DNA from: a virus
IMG/VR virus record: IMGVR_UViG_3300044712_001906
Span: 1 to 64,000 of that record
Direction: 5' to 3' (one strand)
DNA: 64,000 nucleotides
Shown here: piece by piece, positions 8,259 through 16,882 of the stretch
Numbering within the stretch: position 1 is the stretch's first letter
Layout of the letters: the number at the start of each line of letters is the position of its first letter
Position numbers and translations under genes: made by a program
The notes under the pieces: model-generated
The model's database searches: none
What the model was told of the DNA's origin: nothing
What the model saw: the letters and a program-made list of their open reading frames with translations, nothing else

Positions 8259-9260
8259 ATGAGCACCGAGATTGCCACCGGAACTGTCATGCGAGGCTTC
8301 GGCGGGACCGAGATGGCCCGCACCGCCGAGACCGCGATTTCTGCCGCGGCTGCCGCAGCGAAGGCGGCCGTCGAGGCGCGCTACGCCGTCGCCATCGCTC
8401 GTCCCCGCGACGTCGACCAGGCGCGCGTCAAGCTCCTCGCCGCGTGCGCTCGGCCTCACTTCGCGAAGGCGGCGGAATATGCTGTCCCGCGCGGTGGGAA
8501 GACGATCACCGGCGCCACGGTGCGTTTCATCGAGGCTGCCATCGGCGCGCTCGGCAACATCAGCGTCGAGTCGACGGTCCTCTATGAGGACGACACCAAG
8601 CGGATCGTCCGCGTCACGGCGACCGACCTCGAGACCAACATCGCATGGTCCTCTGAGGCCGCGGTGTCCAAGACGGTCGAGCGCAAGGCCCGAAAGAACA
8701 ACAAGACGCAGCAGTGGGAGGCGCCTGCGGGCGACGTGCTCGGCGAGAGGCTGAACTCCTACGGCGACACCGTCTACATCATGCGGGCCACGGACGAGGA
8801 GGTCGAGATGGCCGTTGCCGCTCGGGTCGCTCGCGTCGGGCGATCGCTCGCGACCAAGCTCATCCCCGCCGACCTCATCGACGAGGGCCTCGAGAAGTGC
8901 CGCGCGGTGCTGCACGCCGACGACGCCCAGGACCCCGCCCAGGCGCGGAACAAGCTCGTCGACGCCTTCGCTGGCATCGGAGTCCAGCCGGCCGACCTCG
9001 CGCGCTACCTCGGGCACCCGCTCGCCTCGGCGTCGCCCGCCGAGCTGCGGGAGCTGCGTCCGCTCTACGCCGCGATCCGCGACGGAGAGACGACGATCGC
9101 CGCTGCCATCGCTGGGCGCAACGCCGACGTGATCGACGTCGAGCCCGAGTCCGGTCCGCAGGCCAGCGCGCAGACCGCTCCTCCCCAGGCTGGACAGCGC
9201 GCCCGCCGCCAGCCCGCCCCGGCGCCTCAGGCCATGGCGGACGCCGAGGAGGCGCCGTGA
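8259..9260 (+). CDS. Putative single-strand annealing / RecT-like recombination protein
   Basis: ARPRD...YAVPRGGKTITGATVRF...GNI family motif; AGGAG RBS; recombination-module position. Confidence 0.6.
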   Translation: MSTEIATGTVMRGFGGTEMARTAETAISAAAAAAKAAVEARYAVAIARPRDVDQARVKLLAACARPHFAKAAEYAVPRGGKTITGATVRFIEAAIGALGNISVESTVLYEDDTKRIVRVTATDLETNIAWSSEAAVSKTVERKARKNNKTQQWEAPAGDVLGERLNSYGDTVYIMRATDEEVEMAVAARVARVGRSLATKLIPADLIDEGLEKCRAVLHADDAQDPAQARNKLVDAFAGIGVQPADLARYLGHPLASASPAELRELRPLYAAIRDGETTIAAAIAGRNADVIDVEPESGPQASAQTAPPQAGQRARRQPAPAPQAMADAEEAP

Positions 9261-10966
9261 ACGCGCCCTCCGTCAGCACGCGCTCGATGATCTCCGAGGT
9301 CACCATTGAGGGCCTCGGACCGACCGAGGCTGCCGTGCTCCAGCTCGGCCAGTCCGATCTGATGGTCGTCTCGGGTGAGAGCGAGTGCGGCAAGTCGACG
9401 CTCCTCGAGGCGATCTGTTTCTGCCTCTGGGGCCGCTCCTCCGACGGCTCGGCCTTCCCAGTCGAGGCCGTGCGCGACGGGTGGGAAGCGGCGACCGTCA
9501 TCGTGCGCACCGCCAAGGGCACCGAGTTCAAGCGCGTGCTCTCGAGGAGCCGCGCCATCACCCGCGAGTGCCAGAAGGGCGGCGAGACGCACCGCCCGAC
9601 CCGCGAGGACGACTGGCGCGCACTCCTCGGCCCGCTGTCAGACGACGTGCTCGGCCGCGCGATCCTCGTGCCGTTCGCGTGGCAGGCGCTGGCAAACGGG
9701 CCGGGCGGAGGGCGACCGCTGCGCGACCTCCTCGCTCGGCTGCTCCCTCCGGTCGACCTCCGAGCGATCGTGGCCGAGCAGGTCGAGGTCCACGACGGCG
9801 ACAGCGTCGACGAGAAAGGCGTGTCGGCCCAGCGCGCCGAGGAGCGAAAGCACGCCGAGCAGTGCCGCGGCAAGGTGAGCCACCTGCGCGGCGAGCGTGA
9901 CGCCGCCGCGTGCGCGGTGCCTGTCGGCCCGTCCCACGCCGAGGTCGACGAGGCGCGGACGCTTCTCGCGGTCGCCGAGGCATGGCGCGAGCACGATGCC
10001 GCGAAGAAGCTCGGCGCCGCCGCCGAGCGCTGGGACGCGCAGCTCGCCGCGCTCGGACCCGAGACGCCCGAGCCGCCGGTCGCGTCGCCCGCTGAGGCGG
10101 ACGCAGCACACCGGGCCTTCGAGGCGTCGGGCATCCGGCTGGCCGCGGCCGAGACCGCGCTGCAGCGCGCCAGCAAGGCCTTCGACAAGGCGCAGGCAGG
10201 GACGTGCCACGCCTGCGGCCAGTCGCTCCCCGAGGGTGCGATCGGGGCCGCAGCCGACGCGCTCCGCGCTGCCGAGCTCGCGGTCGCGTCCGCCAAGGAA
10301 GCCCACGGCGCCGCCGGTGACGCCCGCACCCGCACGCGCCTCGCCTATGAGGCCGCGTGCGTGACCTCGCGAGCGTGGGCTGACACCGCCCGCCGCCGCA
10401 AGTCGCTCGGGCAGCGCCCCGAGGCGCCCGCGGTGGTCGAGCCGGACCTGCCGCAGCCGACGGCCGCCCAGGTCGCGGCGGCGAAGGCGACGATCTCCGA
10501 CGCGGAGCGGGCGGTCGGCGCCGCCGGCGAGCAGGACCGCCGCCGCGCTCGGGTGGCGGAGCAACTCGCGCAGGCGGAGCGCGACCTCTCCGACTCCGAG
10601 GGCGAGCTGCGCCGCCTCGAGCTGCTCCTCGACGCGGTTCGCCGCGCGCCGTCGGTCGCAGCCAGACGCCAGCTCGACGCGATCGGCGACCTTGGCCCCG
10701 TGCGCATCGAGTTCCCCGAGGGGGACAAGGCGGACGCCATCCGCGTGCTCCTCGACGGCCGCCCCTGGTGGCTTGCGTCAACTGGCCGGCAGATCGTCGG
10801 CGACGTGTGGCTTCGTGCCTGCATCCGGCGCCTCGCGCGCTGGCCGTGGATGCCGATCGTCGTCGACCGCGTGCAGGACGTGGCCGGGCAGGACGTGCCG
10901 GAGTGCCGGCCGGCGATCTGGCTGCGCACGTGCGAGGGGCCTCTGACGGTGGAGGACATGCCATGA
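9257..10966 (+). CDS. Rad50/SbcC-like coiled-coil ABC ATPase
   Basis: Walker A GESECGKST, central CHAC zinc hook, coiled coils, LASTG signature-like motif, IVVD Walker B. Confidence 0.8.
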   Translation: MNAPSVSTRSMISEVTIEGLGPTEAAVLQLGQSDLMVVSGESECGKSTLLEAICFCLWGRSSDGSAFPVEAVRDGWEAATVIVRTAKGTEFKRVLSRSRAITRECQKGGETHRPTREDDWRALLGPLSDDVLGRAILVPFAWQALANGPGGGRPLRDLLARLLPPVDLRAIVAEQVEVHDGDSVDEKGVSAQRAEERKHAEQCRGKVSHLRGERDAAACAVPVGPSHAEVDEARTLLAVAEAWREHDAAKKLGAAAERWDAQLAALGPETPEPPVASPAEADAAHRAFEASGIRLAAAETALQRASKAFDKAQAGTCHACGQSLPEGAIGAAADALRAAELAVASAKEAHGAAGDARTRTRLAYEAACVTSRAWADTARRRKSLGQRPEAPAVVEPDLPQPTAAQVAAAKATISDAERAVGAAGEQDRRRARVAEQLAQAERDLSDSEGELRRLELLLDAVRRAPSVAARRQLDAIGDLGPVRIEFPEGDKADAIRVLLDGRPWWLASTGRQIVGDVWLRACIRRLARWPWMPIVVDRVQDVAGQDVPECRPAIWLRTCEGPLTVEDMP

Positions 10967-11250
10967 CCAACGCCCGCAACATCAAGTGCGGCTGCATCGG
11001 CGGATGCGGGTGCACGTGGCGGATGGCGCGGGAGTGGATCCGCCGCGCGCGCGCCTCCTACCTGACCTGCCCGAGCTGCCACGGGCTCGCTCGGGAGGGT
11101 GAGCCGGCCAAGACGATCGACCCGCAGACGAAGGCGCTCATCGGGCGGATCTGCGAGCGCGTGGCGGAGGACTGCGCGCGGCTCCTCAATCCGGACCGGC
11201 AGGCGGAGCGTGACGCGCTGAGGGCGCGGTTCATGGGGGTGAGGGCGTGA
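10963..11250 (+). CDS. Small Cys-rich (zinc-binding) protein
   Basis: CGCIGGCGC and CPSC; ATGA overlap. Confidence 0.6.
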   Translation: MTNARNIKCGCIGGCGCTWRMAREWIRRARASYLTCPSCHGLAREGEPAKTIDPQTKALIGRICERVAEDCARLLNPDRQAERDALRARFMGVRA

Positions 11251-11813
11251 AGCCTTCGCTGCTCACCATCATCGAGCCCGTCCTCGAGAGCGGTCCGATC
11301 CTCGCGTGGTACCTGCGTGCCGAAGCTGGCAGACGGAGCCACTCCGTCATGCTGACCTTCGGGCCAGAGGGGACCACGATCGCGGGCGACCTCGTCAGCA
11401 CGGGCTGGACGTACCGCGGCGGAAGCCTCCGATGGTTCGCCGCCGACATGGCTCCGAGCTACCTCGCGGGGAAGTTCCTGCCCCGGGTCTGGTCGAAGAA
11501 GGCCGCCGAGGACTACTGCGCCGACCTGCTGGGCCGTCAGGGCGAAGATGCGTTGCCGTATGACGCCCGGATGGCCCTCGAGGATGCCAAGGCGGATGGC
11601 GACTGGTCAGAAGTGGCATGGGTGCCCGTTGCGACGGCCCTTCGAGACATCGGCTTCGACTGCGAGGAAGTGGCTCCGTCGTACCGACCGGACGAGTGCG
11701 ACTCGGAGACGCTCGCCGCGATCCATGGAGCGTTCAGGTGCCTCTTCTGGGAGCGGTGGGCGAGCATCGACGCGGCGGGGCAGCCGAGCAGGCGCATCGG
11801 GGGTGTGGCATGA
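11247..11813 (+). CDS. Hypothetical phage protein
   Basis: 188 aa, IAGDL...SYLAGK; coupled overlaps. Confidence 0.7.
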   Translation: MKPSLLTIIEPVLESGPILAWYLRAEAGRRSHSVMLTFGPEGTTIAGDLVSTGWTYRGGSLRWFAADMAPSYLAGKFLPRVWSKKAAEDYCADLLGRQGEDALPYDARMALEDAKADGDWSEVAWVPVATALRDIGFDCEEVAPSYRPDECDSETLAAIHGAFRCLFWERWASIDAAGQPSRRIGGVA

Positions 11814-12208
11814 ACCTCGGCGAGAACGTGAAGCGCCTGCGGGAGCGGGCGGGGATGACGCAGACTGACCTGTCGAAGCGCTCAGGGCTCGACCGAGCGC
11901 ACATCTCGAAGATTGAGTCCGGCGATCGCGGAGCGTCCGTGCTCGCGCTCATCGCCCTCGCCGACATCTTCGACGTCTCCCTCGACGAGCTCGTCGGCCG
12001 CACCCACGTCCCCGTCCGCCATGCCGTTGTCACGCTCGAGGGGGTGGTGACGAGCGTTGGCACGTTCGACCGCGCGAAGGCCCCCGGCATGGAGCTCGAC
12101 ACCGCCGAGGGGAGCTTGACGCTGGATCTGCCAGAGGACTCGGTCCGAGCCATCGCGACGCAGCTCTACCGGCGCGTGCGGCTCACGGTGGAGGTGCTCG
12201 ATGGCTGA
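11810..12208 (+). CDS. XRE-family HTH transcriptional regulator
   Basis: MNLGENVKRLRERAGMTQTDLSKRSGLDRAHISKIESG...LADIFDVSLDELVG. Confidence 0.9.
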   Translation: MNLGENVKRLRERAGMTQTDLSKRSGLDRAHISKIESGDRGASVLALIALADIFDVSLDELVGRTHVPVRHAVVTLEGVVTSVGTFDRAKAPGMELDTAEGSLTLDLPEDSVRAIATQLYRRVRLTVEVLDG

Positions 12209-13001
12209 CACCGCGATCGCTTGGACGGACCGCGTCTGGAACCCCACCGTGGGCTGCGCAAACGTGCGTGATTTGGTGTGCAATGCAATGCGTGAACAGA
12301 GAGCAAATCATCCTGTCAATCGTGGCCGCTGGGGAACTGGAGATCGACCCTCAGGGCAGGATCTGGCGCGTAGCGAAGCGGGGAGGCCGGCCGGATCGCG
12401 GCTCCTACGCGACGAGGTCGTGCACACGAGTGCGCGGAGAGTACCCGGCGAGGGGCGGCTACCTCTTGGTGACGACGACGATTTGCGGCGTCAAGACCAT
12501 TGCGAGCGCGCATCGAGTAGTCTGGACACACCTGTACGGCCCGATTCCGGAAGGACTGACGATCAACCACAAGAACGGCGTGAAGGACGACAACCGCCCC
12601 GAGAACTTGGAACTGGCGACCTACTCGGATCAGCGGCGGCACGCGATCGATGTACTGAACGTGCAGCGCAACCACCCTATCGGGGTCAAGAACCCCAAGA
12701 CGCATCTGACAGAGGAGGATGTGCGGCGGATTCGTCAGTTGCGAGCGGCGGGAGTGCTGGCGAAGGAACTGGCACAACAGTACGGCCTTTGCGCCCAAGC
12801 GGTCTCCGCGATCTGCACAGGGCGCACCTGGGCGCACGTCTGACCTGGCTCGCGCGCATCGTCTGGCAGTGCCAGGACGCCGGAGTGCCGGTCTTCGTGA
12901 AGCAGGACAGCGGCCCTCGCCCCGGGATGCAGGGACGCATTCCCGACGAGCTCTGGGCGCTCAAGCAGTTCCCGGTGACCGAGATGGAGGTGCCGTTTTG
13001 A
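12201..13001 (+). pseudogene. Gp37/Gp68 (DUF5131) gene whose core is replaced by an HNH endonuclease gene
   Basis: N-terminus TAIAWTDRVWNPTVGC and C-terminus CQDAGVPVFVKQ...LKQFP are family hallmarks; the middle is the shadow frame of the HNH ORF. Confidence 0.75.
12292..12843 (+). CDS. HNH homing endonuclease with C-terminal HTH
   Basis: AHRVVW...GPIPEGLTINHKNGVKDDNRPENLE; KTHLTEEDVRRIR...GRTWAHV; lower GC; start uncertain (12268-12292). Confidence 0.9.
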   Translation: MNREQIILSIVAAGELEIDPQGRIWRVAKRGGRPDRGSYATRSCTRVRGEYPARGGYLLVTTTICGVKTIASAHRVVWTHLYGPIPEGLTINHKNGVKDDNRPENLELATYSDQRRHAIDVLNVQRNHPIGVKNPKTHLTEEDVRRIRQLRAAGVLAKELAQQYGLCAQAVSAICTGRTWAHV

Positions 13002-13459
13002 CCACCGACTGCAAGTGCATCCTCATCATCGGAGACGACACCGACGCCGAGGCCAACATCCTCCACCGCGCGGGCCACGGCGTCATCCAGTCCGCCCTCC
13101 GCGACAACACGTGGCAGGGCTCGCTCAAGGACGTGGACGTCGTCGTGGCGGTCGACGCCTACAACGGCGACGCGCGCGTGTGGTGGATCGCGGGCTATGT
13201 CAGTGGGCGCACCGGATGCCCCGCCATCGCGGTCTCCACCCTCAAGACCGTGCCGTTCGGGTGGATCCACGTGAGCCAGTCCGGCCTGGCAGAAGCGGTC
13301 GACAAGTCCCGCTTCGCCGAGCCCCCGAGGCGGCGCATCATCGACGCTCGGAGGGCCATCGACGACGCGATCCGCGAGGCAGAGCGAGCCATCGGAGTCG
13401 CGCACCGCATCGCGGGTGACGCGCTCGACGAGCTCCTCGACGGTGAGGGCGGCAAGTGA
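12998..13459 (+). CDS. Hypothetical protein (Rossmann-like alpha/beta)
   Basis: TTG with GGAGGT RBS overlapping the upstream TGA. Confidence 0.6.
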   Translation: MTTDCKCILIIGDDTDAEANILHRAGHGVIQSALRDNTWQGSLKDVDVVVAVDAYNGDARVWWIAGYVSGRTGCPAIAVSTLKTVPFGWIHVSQSGLAEAVDKSRFAEPPRRRIIDARRAIDDAIREAERAIGVAHRIAGDALDELLDGEGGK

Positions 13460-13569
13460 CCTGCGCCTGTACCATCATCGCGCTCGGCCGCGACCTCGTC
13501 GGGCTCGTTGCGCTCGGGATCTACCTCTCAGCCGTGGCCCTCGAGGCTGCGATCGGAGGTGACCAGTGA
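13456..13569 (+). CDS. 37-aa hydrophobic peptide (not in ORF track)
   Basis: GTG 13456 to TGA 13569, GTGA overlaps at both ends; MTCACTIIALGRDLVGLVALGIYLSAVALEAAIGGDQ. Confidence 0.55.
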   Translation: MTCACTIIALGRDLVGLVALGIYLSAVALEAAIGGDQ

Positions 13570-14114
13570 ACTCCCAGAGCTTCGCAGGCCTGGCGCTGCA
13601 GGCCTCCATCCACGCCGGGGGGCAGCGCGCCCTCGCCCGCCAGATCATGCGCGACGCGTCGAGTGTCTCGCGCTGGATGAAGGGCAAGGAGTGCGTCCCG
13701 CGCTGCGTCGTCATGGCGCTTCAATCCGTTCTCGCTGGTCCTGAGCGCGTCTGCGCGGCGTCGCGTGACATCTCCGCTTGTGGCAAGTTGGAGACGCGAG
13801 AGTCGACAATCGGCGACCTCGAGTCGGCTCTCGGGCACTACGACGCGGCGAACTGCCGAGGGGCGCAGGCCCGACGCGCCATCGTCCGCGCGTGCCTGGT
13901 CGACTTCACGCCCAAGACGCTCGTGCGAGCCGTCATGCACGACGGCACCAAGGCATCATGGCTGCGGCTCAAGGCGGGCGACCTGACGCCAGACCAGCTC
14001 GCGCGGCTCGTGAGCATTGGCCGCGACGTGCTTCCCCGCATGCGCGACGCGCTCCAGGCGCCGCCGATCGATCCGTGGGTGCGTCCGTCCGACGCGCGGG
14101 AGGGGATGGTATGA
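13566..14114 (+). CDS. HTH-containing hypothetical protein
   Basis: GGQRALARQIMRDASSVSRWMKG. Confidence 0.65.
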   Translation: MNSQSFAGLALQASIHAGGQRALARQIMRDASSVSRWMKGKECVPRCVVMALQSVLAGPERVCAASRDISACGKLETRESTIGDLESALGHYDAANCRGAQARRAIVRACLVDFTPKTLVRAVMHDGTKASWLRLKAGDLTPDQLARLVSIGRDVLPRMRDALQAPPIDPWVRPSDAREGMV

Positions 14115-14470
14115 ACGACCGCGCCGAGGTGGCGTGCCCTTCGGGAGCTGCGCCTCAGGTTCTTGCCGACCAGCCCTCGGCGCGGTCGGCGCTTCTGCGG
14201 GTCCTGCGGGTCCGCCCCTGCACGCTCGGCCAGCTCCGGCACCTCCTCGGCGACGCGGCGGTCGCGGCCTTCGCTGAGGCCGAGGCGCGGGGCGAGGTCG
14301 CGGTGCGGGTCGACACGAGCGGCGGCGGGCTCTGGCGGGTGCCGGTGCTCGTGCTGACGGGTGCGGGCTACCGGGCCTCGGACGTGGCGAGACGAGAGGC
14401 CAGCGGCGAGCCGGTGTGGCTCGTGCGGGCGGAGAGAGCAGACGTGAAGGGGCAGGGGAGGTTGTTGTGA
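14111..14470 (+). CDS. Hypothetical protein (winged-helix-like), ends QGRLL
   Basis: ATGA overlap and RBS. Confidence 0.55.
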   Translation: MNDRAEVACPSGAAPQVLADQPSARSALLRVLRVRPCTLGQLRHLLGDAAVAAFAEAEARGEVAVRVDTSGGGLWRVPVLVLTGAGYRASDVARREASGEPVWLVRAERADVKGQGRLL

Positions 14471-14664
14471 CCCCCTGCCGCCACCCGACGACAGACGCCG
14501 TGGCCTACTCCTGCCGCGTCTGCGGCGCCTTCCTCTGGGACTGCCCGTCATGCGTCGCGCTAGGTGAGCGCGGCGCCGTCGTCTGCCGCCGATGCGGGCA
14601 AGACCCGCACTTTGCGCCGCCCGTTGCGCCACCCGCGGACGAGCGACAAGGGAGGCTGCTGTGA
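14467..14664 (+). CDS. Small multi-Cys zinc-ribbon protein, ends QGRLL
   Basis: CRVC, CPSC, CRRC. Confidence 0.55.
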   Translation: MTPCRHPTTDAVAYSCRVCGAFLWDCPSCVALGERGAVVCRRCGQDPHFAPPVAPPADERQGRLL

Positions 14665-15011
14665 TGCCCTCGCACCGCTCCTACCTCGTCCCCTTCCCGG
14701 TCGACGACGGCGAGCCACTGACCCTCGCCCTTCACCTGATCCCCGAGGGCTCCCACGTCTGGCTGACCTGGACCGCCGTGAGCCCCGCGGGCGACCTCAT
14801 GCACCGCGCCGCCAAGCGCCCGACCGACACGGAGAAGCTCAAGGCGTCGCCACTCGAGGAGACGATCGTCAGCTACCTCCTCGCCGGGCGCCTGGTAGAT
14901 CCGCCCTTCGTCGTCGCGCTGCTCCTCGGTCTCGGCGAGCGCTCGCCAGACGCGCGGCGGGGGCTTGAGGACGCGCTCGGGGACGCGGCGAGGATGCGAG
15001 GTGAGCCATGA
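14664..15011 (+). CDS. Hypothetical protein
   Basis: TGATG overlap with GGGAGG RBS. Confidence 0.6.
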   Translation: MPSHRSYLVPFPVDDGEPLTLALHLIPEGSHVWLTWTAVSPAGDLMHRAAKRPTDTEKLKASPLEETIVSYLLAGRLVDPPFVVALLLGLGERSPDARRGLEDALGDAARMRGEP

Positions 15012-15232
15012 CCCACGAAGACCTGCGCCACGCCATCCTCGAGGATCTCGCCGACGCCGCCTCCGAAGCTGCGAAGGCGGGCCGCACGCGACGGAGCACG
15101 AGGCTCCGGCTCCTACTCGGAGGCGCCGAGGAGGCGCTCTGCGGTCCCGTGCCGTCGACCACCGCGGCGCTCACGGTCGCCGCCGCGCTCGCGCGGGTCG
15201 TGCGGCTCCTCGCGGACGGAGGGGAACCGTGA
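15008..15232 (+). CDS. Hypothetical protein
   Basis: 74 aa, coupled overlaps. Confidence 0.55.
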   Translation: MTHEDLRHAILEDLADAASEAAKAGRTRRSTRLRLLLGGAEEALCGPVPSTTAALTVAAALARVVRLLADGGEP

Positions 15233-15627
15233 CCCCGGCCTATCTCACCCACCGCGAGGCGTGCGAGCACCTCCGCGTCCACCCGGAGACGCTCAAGGCC
15301 CGCATGGCCGTGACCCCCGAGCACGTCGCGCGCGCCTGGGTTGACTTCTCCGCCGGCGGGCGACCACGCTACCGCTGGCTCGCGTCCGAGATCGATCGCT
15401 GGTGGGCGGAGGTGTGCGCATGGCTACGATCGAGCAACGGGGCAGCACGTGGCGCGTCCGGTGGCGCGATCCAGACGGGCGGCAGAGGTCGCGGGCGTGC
15501 CCAGACCACCGGACCGCGAAACGGCTCGCCCTCGACGTCGCGGGCGAGGTCGCGGAGGGCCGACGGTGGTCCCCTCGCGACGCGGCGCCGGTCCCGCTCC
15601 TCGTCGACGTCCTCGACGCCTACCTGA
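15229..15627 (+). CDS. xis: Excisionase-like HTH protein
   Basis: YLTHREACEHLRVHPETL...GRPRYRW; immediately upstream of and overlapping int. Confidence 0.7.
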   Translation: MTPAYLTHREACEHLRVHPETLKARMAVTPEHVARAWVDFSAGGRPRYRWLASEIDRWWAEVCAWLRSSNGAARGASGGAIQTGGRGRGRAQTTGPRNGSPSTSRARSRRADGGPLATRRRSRSSSTSSTPT

Positions 15628-16499
15628 CCGACGTGCGCCGACTGCGCTCGGCCGGCACAGCGCGCGTCTACGAGAGCCGCCTCGACGGCTTCCTACTCTG
15701 GGCGGGCGAGGACGCGACGGTCGACGCCCTCTCGCGCCAGCTCCTCGCCGACTATTACGCGAGCCTCGCCCCCGGCCTCGCCACCCGCAGGCAGCTCGTG
15801 GCCGCGGTCGAGCGGGCGTGGCGCTGGGCGGCCGAGTCCGACGCCTACTGCGACGACGTGCCTCGCCCACGCCACCTCGAGGTGCCAGCGCCGCCCGGGC
15901 GCCCGACCGTGGCGCCCACGTGGGCCGAGGTCGACGCGGTCATCGCCCATGCGAAGGGAGAGCCCCACCGGCGGCTCCTCGCACTGCTCCGCTGCACTGG
16001 GCTTCGCGTCCACCAGGCGCTCGGCCTCGCCTGGTCCGACGTCGACCTGGAGCGCGGAACGCTCCGGGTACGCGGCGAGCTCGGCAAGACCTCGGTCGAG
16101 CGTCAGGGCCGAGTCGTGCCTCTAGCCCCGGTGCTCCTCGAGGAGTTGGCCGGCTGGGGCGTGCGCGAGGGCGCGCTCGTCGCGGGCCTGAAGGACGAGC
16201 AGGCGGCGCGCCTGCGGACGGTAGCTGCGTGGCAGGCGTCAGGCCAGCGGGCCGAGCTCTGGCAGAGACGCCCGCACCACGCCTTCCGTCGGGCCTTCGT
16301 GACTGGACTACGCCGCGCGGGGGCTGACCCGGACGCCGTCGAGGTCCTGGTCGGCCACTCGCTCGGGCTCCGCGGGGTCTACACGGACCCGGAGGCGCTC
16401 GGTCTGCGAGATGTCGTGGCCCTCGTGCCGAAGATCGTGTCGGGGGTCGTCTCGATTGGCTCCCGTGTCCGTAGCGTGTCCGCGCGAGCGAGGCGATGA
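15420..16499 (+). CDS. int: Tyrosine integrase
   Basis: N-terminal arm-binding WRVRWRDPDGRQRS; catalytic TGLR, GKT, HAFRR, LVGH, Y. Confidence 0.93.
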   Translation: MATIEQRGSTWRVRWRDPDGRQRSRACPDHRTAKRLALDVAGEVAEGRRWSPRDAAPVPLLVDVLDAYLTDVRRLRSAGTARVYESRLDGFLLWAGEDATVDALSRQLLADYYASLAPGLATRRQLVAAVERAWRWAAESDAYCDDVPRPRHLEVPAPPGRPTVAPTWAEVDAVIAHAKGEPHRRLLALLRCTGLRVHQALGLAWSDVDLERGTLRVRGELGKTSVERQGRVVPLAPVLLEELAGWGVREGALVAGLKDEQAARLRTVAAWQASGQRAELWQRRPHHAFRRAFVTGLRRAGADPDAVEVLVGHSLGLRGVYTDPEALGLRDVVALVPKIVSGVVSIGSRVRSVSARARR

Positions 16500-16694
16500 G
16501 CGTTCACCAGCATAGATGGCCGACGCGCTCGACATGGCAACAGAAACCTCAGGTTACGTCTGGCGACCGATGCAGGTCTAGGTGGAATGCGGGTGAGGCG
16601 CAAGAAACGCCGTCGAGACGGGCCTTCGCGAGATCGACGGTGAGCGGTCGAGATCGGTCGATCCTGCTGCTCGTGTGCCCGTGGTGTGTCCGCG
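16465..16694. other. Putative attP with paired arm-type repeats
   Basis: GTGTCCGTAGCGTGTCCGCG (16465-16484) and GTGCCCGTGGTGTGTCCGCG (16675-16694), 17/20 identical, flanking a non-coding segment at the 3' end of int. Confidence 0.6.
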
Positions 16695-16882
16695 TTGGCG
16701 CCGGAAGGCCGGCGCGAGACGGGTCCTCGCCGGCCCACACCAAGGCGCGCGGAGCCACTGGACGGGCATGGCTGTCATCGACGGCACCAATGCCGGGGAC
16801 GTCGTCGGTGTTTCCGGGCGGCCATCGCGCCTTGCATGACCCGCTCCCCGGCCGTAGCCTCGATCCGCAAGAGGAGGTCGCC

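Noticed and set aside
12260-12845. Group I intron or intein around the HNH gene
   Set aside because: Almost no non-coding flanks for a ribozyme core, no intein terminal motifs, and splicing would leave a DUF5131 protein without its core
16561-16583. tRNA 3'-end-like att core (reverse complement ends GGTCGCCA)
   Set aside because: No T-loop GTTCGA at the expected distance; too weak to call a tRNA target
16496-16882. N-terminal extensions in the ORF track (lipoprotein from 16496, portal from 58190, ATPase from 8714, repressor from 3750)
   Set aside because: Better downstream starts exist with RBS, signal peptide, promoter motif or stop-start overlap; the extensions cross attP or neighbouring genes
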